A stretch of 63,774 bases of DNA, the filler included, from Choristocarpus tenellus KU-1152 (Eukaryota > Protista > Phaeophyceae), in assembly GCA_964200185.2 (NCBI GenBank). It is 14 parts of 14 records of this genome, joined end to end, with 100 filler letters (N's around TTAATTAATTAA, not from the genome) between each part and the next. Parts side by side here need not be neighbours in the genome. Positions count along the whole stretch, not along the records: positions 19,342 to 24,816 come from CAXNAD020010663.1; positions 24,917 to 28,750 come from CAXNAD020017664.1; positions 28,851 to 33,004 come from CAXNAD020015946.1; positions 33,105 to 37,069 come from CAXNAD020016897.1; 10 more parts are not named here. One strand, written 5' to 3'. Below the pieces are notes generated by a model. It was not told where the DNA came from. It saw nothing but the letters and a program-made list of their open reading frames with translations, and ran no database searches. The position numbers and the translations under genes are program-made. Every line of letters begins with the position of its first letter. Positions within the stretch are counted from its first letter, which is position 1. Below, one piece after another: positions 24,795 to 36,380 of the stretch.

Positions 24795-24939
24795 GATCCA
24801 AAGTATCTGGGGGGGGNNNNNNNNNNNNNNNNNNNNNNNNNNNNNNNNNNNNNNNNNNNNTTAATTAATTAANNNNNNNNNNNNNNNNNNNNNNNNNNNN
24901 NNNNNNNNNNNNNNNNCCCCCCCTCAGATACTTTGACCC
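24795..24939. mobile_element. MITE family B TIR ends on both sides of the linker
   Basis: GATCCAAAGTATCTGGGGG before the gap and CCCCCTCAGATACTTTGACCC after it. Confidence 0.65.
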
Positions 24940-25471
24940 CCCGATGAAACCTGGAGAGCACAGACAAGCAGCATGAAAAGCACAAGCTGCTAAGCTTTCT
25001 TGATCTATGAAGTTGCAATCTGGAGGTCTTCATTGTCCATGTGGATAGGTGCCACAATTTGCAAGGTTGGCGCTGATGGCACTGTCGCATCATCTCCTTA
25101 GCCACTTTGTGCAGAACTTGTTGCTCTTGCTGCTGTAAGTGCCCGTCTCGACTCCATGCCCATTGCCAAGACTGATCCCTTGCATATGGTATGAGGGTCA
25201 TGAAGAGCGAGCTCATATTTGTAGAATTCAAGGGTGGCTTGAATTCTCTGGCTGCAAAAGCAGAGAAATCCTAACCCAGCTTTCTGGTGAAGGTGGGAAG
25301 ATTTGTTTACTTTGGTGGTGGTGGTGGTGGGTATCTTGTACACCCTGCAATAACTCAACACCCTCCTTGCCACTCAGCACAATCTCCCAGGAAAATTTGT
25401 TTGCTGTAGCATGTTGAAATATTCCGCACTGGACTCCGCAGTTAAGATGATCATTCATGTGTCTTGGTAGA

Positions 25472-25741
25472 GAGCCAAAGCATTTAAGAGGATAGGGTCG
25501 CGTCTGTTTGGGGCCAAAATCCAATGTTGCAATTTTGATGGATTTTGGCTATTCGTGTTTGATAGCAAGTGTCAATATCCTTGCTCCGGACACACCTTTC
25601 ATAGTCCTACTCCGAAATGTTACGTAATAGGTAACTGTATTCACACAGAAGACCGAAAAAAATGCATAAAAAACCTTTGGGAAGCCAAGCCCTGAACGGA
25701 CAAACAGGGCAAACCTCCTACCCTATAAAGTGATTTGGCTC
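25472..25741. mobile_element. MITE family A, diverged full copy with 3-bp TSD AGA
   Basis: GAGCCAAAG...TTTGGCTC flanked by AGA on both sides. Confidence 0.8.
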
Positions 25742-26526
25742 AGAGGACAATATGAGGCTTGGTGCAAAAATACAACATTAGTGTTACAAGGGGCCTCTAG
25801 GTTCATTCCCATTGACTGAAGTAGCTGAGGCGAAACAGGTATAGATGGCTAAGTGGGATTTACAATGTTCACATGGACAATCAGAAAAGAATGCTATCAA
25901 TATATGACATATATATGGACAGATAATCTAACACAAGGTCCCTACAATACATGAACCGGGGTTAGAGCTACCATGGAAATATATGGAAACACCTATTTGC
26001 TGTAAGTTTCCTAATCTACTCCACCAGTGGTGTCTATAGTGTATCAGCAGCTCTATCCATGAACAGCACATTGGTGTACTTTCTAGGACACTAAACCCTG
26101 GCTAAGGTCCCATATTCTGATGCCAAGTCAATAGTTCATGTCCAGTTTGCCAATATTACTGTGACCATTGTGTATGAAATTGGGGTCACAATGAGGTCAG
26201 TCCATAGGGATGAATGGAAACGTGGACTGGGGGGTAAATTTGTCAAACCGATGCAACCAATGCTGCACAATTTATAAAAATATCAAAATGAATTACAGCC
26301 TCTATGGGATGGTGGAAAGGGGTGGTTACAGTTAGTGGGGCGATCTGCCCCAGGCAGCTGTTGAAATTCCATGAATTGAGAGAACTAATCGAAATATCTG
26401 CATGTGATCCACAATAGTCTGTTCCTTTCACTGGATGGCAAGTAGGTAGAAATGGTGAGATTGATCTTGAAGTACATCATTCAGCAGCATACAAACACTA
26501 GTATATCTTAGATAATATGCAGAGCA

Positions 26527-26785
26527 GAGTGAAAGTATCTTAGGGTTAGGGTACGAGTTTTGCCCTGTTTGTCCGTTTAGGGCTTGGCTTCCCACAGGTT
26601 TCTTATGACAGTTTACTACTCCAAAATGTTTCGAACTAGGTAAAATGTATACGTTATGAAAAGGTGTGTCCGAACAAGGATACTGATACTTCCAAACAAC
26701 ACGTAGCCAAAATTGCATCAAAATCGCAACATTGGATTTTGGACCCCAAACAGACACCGCTCTACCCTCTAGGCTACTTTGTCTC
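26527..26785. mobile_element. MITE family A, full copy with TTAGGGTTAGGG inside the left TIR
   Basis: Internal sequence matches the other copies. Left TIR reads GAGTGAAAGTATCTTAGGGTTAGGGTACGAG. Confidence 0.85.
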
Positions 26786-27277
26786 AGAAATGAGATGTTT
26801 GTCATCTTGATAAATAGACTCCTAGGCACTGGAAACAAAAAATATTTGAATTTCAATCCACATCTACCTTCATCATGCAAAAGTAATCAAACTCATGCCC
26901 ATCAACTCTGCAGTTTGCATCATCTCGGCATCAGTTCATCAATGACCTCAAGCGCACAACAGCTGATTCCCCAGCTTTTTGTCGCAATAGGGACAAGGAG
27001 TTTGCCCTAGGTCTGCAACAAGGTGATGCATTGGTCACAGCACTGGAGAAGCAAAGGTGTGTGCCTACAACCATTTGTAGTGGTACAGTGAAGGGAGCAA
27101 TATGTCACTTGGACGAGATCATTCTCATTTACATCCTTACACCTGTGTGTGTATCAGATTCTCTTCTGTGCAGATCAAGTCAAGATTGCAAAGAACCAGC
27201 TTTGCAATCTGCTTTTCTTGAGACTGCAACTACGGATGTGTCTAGAGCTTCACCTCGTCTTTTATTCCTTTTGCAAG

Positions 27278-28023
27278 GGGCGACATATTTTACGACAGAG
27301 CTTCATGCGAGCGGAACGATCTTGGCAGAGAGGAACGATTGTTGGTTGAGGCATTGAGATTGATCAAGGAGAACAGTACACTGCAAGAGGTGCAAGGCAG
27401 CGATTCAACGATCAGTGGGAGGAAGGAGAGTAGTCAGAGAGGACCTCTTGATGGTGGGTCTTACTGTTTGTTTGCTTTTTCTCCAGAGGCAAGCTGTCAG
27501 GAATCAGTAACATGTCCTTTGCCTCAAGTACACCAGGCCATACGTATATATAAATACTTTCTGTGAAGTCTTCACATCAGAGCTAACTGCATTGCATTTT
27601 GTTTTTGTAGTGTAAGCCTCACCCTAACCAAGGGTGAAAGTATCTTAGAGGATACGAGTTTTGCCCTGTTTGTCCATTTGGGACTTGACTTCCCTCGGGA
27701 TTTTTTGTCCCAGTCCAGGAGAAATTTAAAGATGGATCAAATTTATGAATCAGATTTGCACCTTGCACGCAATACAACATGTGCGACACATTGATGGATG
27801 CCCAATTTCAGATGATGTTGGACGCTTGGAGCGCTTCTTGACCAAGAGCAATGGCTCAAGAGCTCCTGTCCTTTCAGGCCAGGGCCACATTCAAACCAAT
27901 GATACTTCCCATGATACTTCCCATGATACTTCCCATGAGGAGGCACATATATCTGACATATCTACCAGAATAGAGGCTGTAAGAGCAAGGCACGAACAAG
28001 TGAATAAGCTTGGTGAAGCGCAG
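27278..28023 (+). CDS. Two putative internal exons of an unknown gene (27278-27453, 27812-28023)
   Basis: Pyrimidine tract plus aag|, then GDIFYDRASCERNDLGREERLLVEALRLIKE...PLD G|GT; phase-1 acceptor tttcag|AT DVGRLERFL...EAVRARHEQVNKLGEAQ|GTG. The intron carries a family-A MITE end (27632-27706). Confidence 0.45.
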
Positions 28024-28530
28024 GTGCACCAAAACTACGACTGCTTGAGTAGTATTACAACAATCACTTGGAGGTAGGGTAGGTAAACATATGATCAAAG
28101 AGCAGGTAAAGTGCCATCAGTTTCTCTACTGATTGCCTCTGTTTCCACCTGCGCTACAAACTAGGTCCTTTGCACCTCTATTGTTAGTTTGGGCTCTCTT
28201 CTCTCTGACTCAGTCATGCACCAGCACTCTAATTTGCTGATAAAAGGCCCTTTGAAGTAAAGGGAGTGCCCCCCACTGGTTAAGTACAACGAGGAGTATT
28301 GGGGCTTCTGTTAGACTCACCCAGGGTTCAACCTGTTGAAACGTAGAAATAATATGTCCTGCATCTATTGTACATATCTATGGTACATATCTATTTACAA
28401 ATGCATATGACAGTGTAGTTGTTGTCTCCTTGCTTGACTAAGAGCTCCCTAGTGATCTTGATTGGTCCCTAAGAATAGATTGGTCGCAAACCACTGATGC
28501 ACATATTTTCTTGGGAGAGTGTACCGGTAT

Positions 28531-28750
28531 GAGTAAAATTATCTTAGAGGGTACGAGCTTTGCCTTGTTTGTCCATTTGGGGCTTGGCTTCCCTCGGGGT
28601 ATTTTATGACATTTTTCTACTCCAAAATATTTCGGAGTAGGTAGAATGTATGCTTCATGAAAAGGTGTGTCCGGACCAAGGGTATTGACACTTCCTAACA
28701 AACACGATAGCCAAAATGACATCAAAATCGCAACATTGGATGTTGGCCCC
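28531..28750. mobile_element. MITE family A (cut by contig end)
   Basis: GAGTAAAATTATCTTAGAGGGTACGAG plus matching internal sequence. Confidence 0.85.
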
Positions 28751-28850
28751 NNNNNNNNNNNNNNNNNNNNNNNNNNNNNNNNNNNNNNNNNNNNTTAATT
28801 AATTAANNNNNNNNNNNNNNNNNNNNNNNNNNNNNNNNNNNNNNNNNNNN

Positions 28851-29001
28851 CGGTCTACACCAGGGTGTCCATTTGGGCCATAACCAGGAAAATTGTACTT
28901 AAATTATCCATCCGACTTATGCAACCAAATCACACAAAAATCGCAACATGAAAAAATTGGCCGGAAATGGACAGTCGCCACCCCCCCAGATACTTTCAGC
29001 C
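28851..29001. mobile_element. MITE family B (cut by contig start)
   Basis: CTACACCAGGGTGTCCATTTGGG...CCCCCCCAGATACTTTCAGCC. Confidence 0.8.
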
Positions 29002-29391
29002 TGGATCGTTCACAATATGGTGCTCTTGTACTTACAGAGACCAATATATACCACTTCATTCCCGACACACACCGACACTGTACCCCTTAGGACTGGACAG
29101 ATAACAAGGGCAGACTGCACAGTATTACAATTCGTGAAAACTTCTCCAGAATGACACTTTCAGAAGCCAGGAGATTGTATTAGAACATTGCTAATCCCGG
29201 GGATCGCAAGCTGTTAGACTTGATGAGGTTTTGCCCGAGGGTTGCTATCCCTCTAATCAACGACCAGCTTCGGCAGGGCAGTTACTAATGTGAGGTTGTG
29301 TATCCTGGCGGCGTGCTTAGCCTTTTGACGGATGTGTAACCATGTAACCATGCCGGGATTCGATCCCATGACAGTAGCGTTGGTTAGAACA

Positions 29392-29477
29392 TTACTAAAC
29401 CTCTGTATACACCGAGGAGGCAGTCAGCTGACTGCCTCCTCGGTGACTGCCTGCTCGGTAGACACAGGGGTTTACTA
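29392..29477. repeat. Hairpin with a perfect 36-bp palindrome core (29410-29445)
   Basis: CACCGAGGAGGCAGTCAG|CTGACTGCCTCCTCGGTG, plus an imperfect outer arm. Confidence 0.85.
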
Positions 29478-29498
29478 GCATACTAACAGATTGTTCAC

Positions 29499-29677
29499 CT
29501 TCCAATTTACAGGATTAACTGCAAGGGGTGATGTCCCCAAGTTCAGTGGCATAACGTACATGCACAGGTTCTTCACCAAGCTCTTTGGGAGCGTGCGAAC
29601 AATGGCGAGATGCGAAATATCCAGCTTGTTGTAGAACGGTACAGTATAGAACAGGACGCTCCTACACGGGTCTGGTT
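29499..29677 (-). CDS. Possible isolated exon, unknown protein
   Basis: ccag|..PCRSVLFYTVPFYNKLDISHLAIVRTLPKSLVKNLCMYVMPLNLGTSPLAVNPVNWK|GTGAAC, with coding-like composition. Confidence 0.3.
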
Positions 29678-30877
29678 CTGGACGAGTCCCATATTACTGT
29701 AATGCAGAGGAGAGACATGGGGCGGATGAGCTAAAATATGTATTCGTATTTGTGAGTCACCTTCTCCTTCATTAATCTGGTACATGTTTCCATGGATGTC
29801 TTGTGTTAGGGAGGTCGATGTTGAAACCTGAATCGAATGCATCGTACATGTAAGCAAAATGCGTAGACTATGAGCGATAAGGAATCACATGGGGTTGCAA
29901 AGCAGTGATGAGTGATATGCGTAGTCTATGTTATGGATAGATGTGACTGTGCTGCAAAGCACTTATGTGTTTATTTTGTTGTAACTGAGGTCACTGATCT
30001 CTCAGTCAAGAATGATGTGATGTGAATTCAGTGTTTTTTCATGAGATACTCAACAAAAGAAGTCCATGCTCTGTGGAGAAGCTTGTTACCTTAGCCGACA
30101 AAGGTTTCCGTGGATGGTTTTAACTCTGATTATATTACATCCATGTATGCATTTGGTACACTTATGGCAGTGTGAGCTTGGTGCATTGTGAGAGATCAAT
30201 GGCAGCCATGAAAGAAATAATAATCAACATTCAACGTACAACTGTCATCTTCTGCTGATAAGAAGAAGACAGAGTGAAGAAAAATCAAACAAGGGAACAA
30301 CAGAACAAACTTGAACCAATGTGTGATGAAACTTAAGTAACGTATACTATTCTTGCGCGTGGAACGCAGAGGGGCTGTTCTGTACTACGGTGTTCTGATG
30401 GTAATTGATGCCGTGATGATGAACTCGTGACAGTAACGTCCAGAGCGTAACAGACCAATCAACAGTCAGCGCTGACTGGTGGAACTGTATCCTATCAAGG
30501 AACAAACAGATGAGTAGCCTATGTTTTAACAGTCAGACTTGTTGATGGAGGAGTGCACCTCTGCACTTATTATATCCAGTTATAAATACTTTCCCTATCG
30601 TTCACATATATGTGTGCTGCTACACCTTATTCTATTGTCCTGATAACTACCGATGTTTGTTAATTTATACATTCTGCAATTATCTTCTTAAACTTACTGG
30701 TATCCGCCTTCATATGCCTAGAGATGATAGAGCATAGCGATGGGATTTATGATTTCCGTGTGTGTGCTATAGGAGTAGCTGCTATTTCATCATAATTCGA
30801 TAAACATTACAATGTGTGATGATTATGTCATGTCCTGTTCTAGCGTTGTCCATCCATTGCATGCAGCACTCCTTCCA

Positions 30878-31051
30878 GGTTCAAAGCATGTCTGTGTGTG
30901 TGTCTACACCAGGGTGTATATTCGGGCCCTGACCAGGAGAAGTGCACTTACATTATCATCCGACACATACAATCAAATCACCCAAAAATCGCGACACGGA
31001 AAAATGGGCCCCGAATGGATAGCCGCCACCCCTCCCCAGATACTTTGAGCC
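30878..31051. mobile_element. MITE family B, full copy (about 174 bp); another end at about 31545-31616
   Basis: GGTTCAAAG...TCTACACCAGGGTG...CCCCAGATACTTTGAGCC. Confidence 0.8.
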
Positions 31052-33670
31052 GCCATCCTATACAGGCACACTAGACACCGACCGTCTCTCTGACATAACG
31101 TAAACGTACTTCAGGATATTCATGTGACATGACACTAACCCTAAGCAACATAATCTATACCCCAATAACAATGGCAATCTAACTGCAAACAATTCGTCCA
31201 CGATCTTGTCCCAGTGTATACAACTCACGAGTCTTCTCCTTCACTTCTTTTCATTGCTCAAGCACTAAGGTGATTGACAGACAAATAGCCCAACCGACAT
31301 AGATGAGATCCCCTCCCGTACTTAGTGCTACTGTCCAAAACACAAGGTGAAAAATGTACAACAGGTAACCCCTATGCCACGCCTCGTCGAAACAGCAACA
31401 ACCGGCTAAGGGCGACTTTCTTGACATCATCACACAGTCCACATGGATCCAAGCGCCAAGCACACACCCTAAATGCAGAATATGCCACACTTCATCAAAA
31501 ATGGACCAACCCTCCATGACTGAAGATAACCAAATACACCATTTTTACAACACCTAGTTGGTGCCCAAATGAACACCCTAGCGCAGACCCCTCCCCCCCC
31601 CCAGATACTTTGGCCCAAAGATGAACATCATTCAGAATATGATCTAATCCTTTTCAAAATTTGTAGCCATTCATAAGAACATGTACTAGGTAGGTGTCCG
31701 CACTTGGTAAGAAGGTCAAACAATGAAGTACTGATACTGCGGTTCACCTAATATTTCTGTTGGAGCTCTTGGGTTCGGTGACATCATTACACAATTCAAT
31801 ACCTTCCTTAAGGAGGTGATATGTAGGACCTTGCATTAATGTGATAGTCCTCAGTGTTTGAGATGAACGATATAAATCTCTCAACCTGGATATACCCGAT
31901 GCATAGTACAAGATTTTTTATTTTATCGAACTGATCCGAGGTGTGATAGCCTGTCCTCTTCAATCCGACAACTTGTACAATTTCCTGATTGAACCAGACA
32001 AGTTAGCATCACCATACCTCTTTGTGGATGTTTTCAACAGAGGAATCAAGTCAGGTCTGGTACACCCTTGACCTAATGCCCCCCTCCCCCTCTCCCGTGT
32101 CTGTGATCTCTTTTTTGAAGTTATCAATATCCTCTCTGAGTCTATATTATTGGAGTCAACTCCGAGAACAAGACCCAGATCCTAGCAAAGGCTGGCGAAG
32201 AAGCAAACAACCTCCTTCTAGTTTGGTCTTCGGTACTACAAAACAGAGTTTAAAGGCTCATAACCTGAGGAAAGTGCCTTCAGCGAGGCACTGAGGGGGT
32301 GAAGGCAATACTTGGGGTATGTGAGGGGAAGTGGTTGGACAGGAAGGGGAGAACTCTGCATACCTCGAACCTTTAAACATATTTTTGAGCACCTACCGAG
32401 ACCTCCTATACTTCTTGACTTCTGATCATCACCTTGTGGTATAGAGGTACTACTTCACCAAGTCACAAAGCTGGGTTTTACGCTGCAAGTGCTGGGACTG
32501 AAATACCATCACTGTAGGACTGTAGAGATAACAAGAGGTTTGGGTGATAGGGCAGAACCAGAGATGGTCAGATGGCTCCGGATTCAGAACCTGGACTGTG
32601 GAAGGGCCAATCAAGTCAAGGTGGTGGTGACCATATCTATGTTCTAACCATTCAGTCCACAAGAAGTGATTTTTGACCCATTGGTCCAAACTTTGGGTTG
32701 GGTGTACCGTTACCAAAGGAATTATAGGCCTTTAATCTAGTGCTCTCTCTTTAATTGGATCGATTCAATAGTTGCGATTCACAACACCAAAAAAATAATT
32801 GTGAAACCGATTGGCTGGTGGATAGGACTTTTAAAATTTGCTGGCCTGGTGAAGATTACTGAAATTTTCCACACATCCGAAACGAACACAGTATCAAAAC
32901 AGTAAGGTGGTTAGGCGTTTCAGAAGAACAATTTACACTTTTACTAAAACGACTAGAGGAAGAGATAGAAAATTACTTTCAAAATAACAAAAAAAAAAAG
33001 AGAGNNNNNNNNNNNNNNNNNNNNNNNNNNNNNNNNNNNNNNNNNNNNTTAATTAATTAANNNNNNNNNNNNNNNNNNNNNNNNNNNNNNNNNNNNNNNN
33101 NNNNTGTAGCTTCATGTATAGGGGAACAACTCCTGTTGAGCTATCGTTGCAGCCTGGGGGGAGCGATTACGCTGTTGAGTCCACCCCCCCCCCTTTGCCT
33201 TTCCAAACCACAAAAACTTTTCATGGTGTTGTGATTACTATTGCAGCAGTTGCATCACATTCCATCTTCACTCAACACTATACCAGCTCTTGTCAGCGTT
33301 GAGCACCTCTGTGTTTTCCTTGAGTGAATATTGGGTGATAGAGGTAGTGTTGCATTTCCGAATGCCGATGTAGCTGTTATCTCCTGAACTGCTACATGTA
33401 CTCTATGGTGGCCTCTTGGTCTGAAAGTTCTTTCTCTAGCTGGAATCTGTAATAGAGCCGGTCCCATCTTGTACGCCACTCTCTTTTTTTTGTTCCAGGT
33501 GTTGCACAAATCCTCACCGCACTGGGTTCCATGAGAATGACAAGTTTCATTCTGTTTGGGTTTTTTCTTTGGAGTTTCACGCTTGGATTCCAAGAAATCA
33601 AACGAATTTGTCTTGTTTAACGAGGAAGACCCTAATATTTTATATTATTTTATACGTGCATGTTTTCTAG

Positions 33671-33838
33671 GATGAGGAGGGAAGGACACCTCTTCATTTC
33701 GCTGCAGATAGAGGTCAACTTGGGGTACTGTCGAAGCTGCTGGAGCTGGATGCTGTAGTTGATTCTAGGGATGCTGATGGTATGACCCCATTAGCCTATG
33801 CTGTGGCCTGTGACCACAAAGAAGTGGTTGCTCTCCTG
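33671..33838 (+). CDS. Ankyrin-repeat exon, ACBD6/ACBP1-2-like acyl-CoA-binding protein
   Basis: tag|DEEGRTPLHFAADRGQLGVLSKLLELDAVVDSRDADGMTPLAYAVACDHKEVVALL|gtgag. The TPLH.A.DRG...D.DG.TPL.YAV.C pattern is that of ankyrin ACBPs; the ACB domain itself is not in the contig. Confidence 0.85.
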
Positions 33839-34284
33839 GTGAGCTTGAGTCGCTTGACATTGTTAGCTAATGTTTCATCCCCACTCTGGACCTTTAGAGT
33901 GCACCTTATTAGGTAATCCTGTGTTGACCTTTATCGATCTAACATTGCTTTTGTGTACGGTGATGACCATAGGTGTTCATTTTTGTCTCCTCCATGGTCA
34001 AAGCGGATAAGTTTTCTGTCCGCATTTTAGGTACTATTTTACGTCAATGCTAGTTTGAGATTAGGGTTAGGGCTAGGTGTGGTTCGGGCACTCCTATAAG
34101 GAAGAAAGTGTTTCTGCTTCAAAGCTCTCTTCTTCTCCCCACTGCCCTGATGAACCACTCCAAAAATGGGAGAAGTGCGTGGGGCATACCTACCACATTT
34201 GCACTCCTGCAACAACAATCATCTGAGTCTGTCTGCCTAAATTTTTCATTGGCATCCACCTCTCTTTGTTCCTGCCTGCTCCAG

Positions 34285-34395
34285 GTGGAGGCAGGGGCAG
34301 ATGTGAACTCTAAGGATGATGATGGAGGCAGTCCCCTCTCTGCAGCCTGCGAGGAGATGCAAGTTGTGTTGTTACAATCTAAGAAGACCAACTAA
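34285..34395 (+). CDS. Terminal exon of the ankyrin (ACBD6-like) gene
   Basis: ccag|VEAGADVNSKDDDGGSPLSAACEEMQVVLLQSKKTN*, phase 0. Confidence 0.85.
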   Translation: MEAGADVNSKDDDGGSPLSAACEEMQVVLLQSKKTN

Positions 34396-35519
34396 ATAGC
34401 TACAGTACATACGGTTGTCGTCAGAAGGCGTTGTTTTTGACGCACGTCCATGGAAAAAATGTTTTCAAATCTTACACAATTTTTTTAGGTTTCTAAGGAC
34501 TGTGTACTGGGATGATGGAAGCGGTCACAGGTTATTGTTTTGCCTTTCTCAGCATGCATGGCTGTATGTGGGGCTGCTCAGTGAGACCAGAGTGCATTAG
34601 GAAAGAAGATCAGACCCAAACCAACAAAGTCGTTATCCTCCTCCCATGAGGATTTTAAACCCACCGAGGAGTGGTATTGTACGGGTGTACGGTACATAAC
34701 TTATCCCTAACCCTAAGAGATTTTTTGCTGTTGGAAGTGTCTGGGAAACACTTGTCTAGGTGATTGTGTTAGTTTTAGTGCTTTTATTGTCACTAGTAGC
34801 CCACGTGTCAGTAGAGGCTTTAGGGGTTTACTCAAGTAAGATATATGTCGTAAGGGAGCTCACAAACATTGGGAAGGTACTTCAAACTAAACCACTAACA
34901 GCTGTGTATCCCGAGTAGAACTTCCTTTCTTCTGGTACTATCACAGATTAGTCTTGTGTAAGTGTGACCCCCCAGTGTTTTCCTCTCTCTAGGAGGATGT
35001 GTGTGTCTGTGTGTGTTGTGTTTTTCCTTTGTATTTTATACTCCGGTGTATTTTCTTATCCAGCAACAATATCAAGGTTCCTCTGCCAGGCCCTATGAAG
35101 TGACCATTTGTTTTATTCAAACTCCTGCCCTGCTTGTGTTTGGAAGACTATGCCTCAGCTTCAAAAACGAATAGTTGTACAGTGATAGTGTGCTTGAAGG
35201 AAAGAGTTATTGTAGTATCCATGCTGTATGCTCTGACTATCCAAATTGGTAAGACACACCAGGAATCATGTTGAATCGGTCACATTCTGCCAGTTTGCGA
35301 CACTTGGCTGTTATTTTGGAATGTGAAGTTTACTTAACAAGCTCATCAGTTTCGACTGGGGTGTTGCACTACATCATAAAAGTATAGTAGTATGTAGAAG
35401 ATGTGCTGTTGAAAGCTCACGGCATAGCCTGTTACCCTCAATTTTTTACCTATAATATGTTCAACTATGTAAGCCAGTGACTTTGGTTGGGTGTTTAAGC
35501 CCTCCTCGTTTGATTTGAC

Positions 35520-36380
35520 TAGTCCCCCTCACATTGGACAAGTGGAAGAGGAGATCTCTGTACAAATGATTATACTGGAAGCGAAACTTTGGGAACTGCA
35601 ACGTTCAGCCTCCCAACACAGTACTGAGTTTGTATAAAGGCTTGAGGGATTAACCACTGTATTTGAGCAACAGGAGAAGCTGAGGTGGAACAACCCAAAA
35701 TGTTCTTGCAAACGTGACATCTCCACAGACTCCCCGTGTGTATGTGAACGTATCAAGTTCATCCCCATGGACTAGAAAAGCAGTTGGAGGAAGGCTACCA
35801 AGCCCTCCAACACAGCGCTTAGGATCATGTAAAGAGTGTACACAGAGCCCAAACATGGCAGCAAGGCAGCCTGCACCAGTGCACTTGTAGTTCCTGTTCC
35901 TGTTCTTGGTGCAATCCTAGGAACACTAATCATGCAGAGTGTAATCTTGCAGTGTGCTCTCCCTGGCAGAGTGGATATTGTCACACAAGATCCCCTACCT
36001 TTGTAGAGTGTATGGCAGGGTTGCAGGAGAGTTTATTTCCACGCTGAGTCCACAAGGTCTCCCTCCACTCTAGAAATTGGAAGCAAGCTGAGGGATATCC
36101 CCTTCAATGCATCTAATTCTCAATAGCAAGTCCCAAGGCCTGTATTTGCCCATGCTATCTCCAACGAAGAGCACAGCAGTCATAATAAGAACAAAATCTC
36201 TAGGTATGTTAAGAAGACCTAGAAACATTGCTCTGGTCTGTGCTTTACATAACCAGTATAGATGCAGAATGCATGTTCCTTCTCTGTACATTGATCTTCT
36301 ATTTGTGTTTGTGACACAATTTCGTGCTTGCAATAATAGTGCTACATCCATCTGTACACCCACCATCATCCCTACGATAT
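35520..36380 (-). mobile_element. Probable degenerate CxC/KDZ-type transposase fragment
   Basis: Broken frames give PCG..., CK.YTLH...RNYKC...C, TAFLVHGDELDTFTY...VTF and STCPM*G, in the order expected for CxC4-like KDZ N-termini (recognised from memory, unverified). Confidence 0.3.

Noticed and set aside
24795-24939. Family-B left and right TIRs facing across a gap, suggesting contigs 4 and 5 are truly adjacent
   Set aside because: Flanks do not form a TSD (ATT versus CCC), and such ends are common at most contig breaks.
29350-29370. tRNA T-loop-like GGGATCGAATCCC
   Set aside because: No cloverleaf, A-box or acceptor stem could be built.
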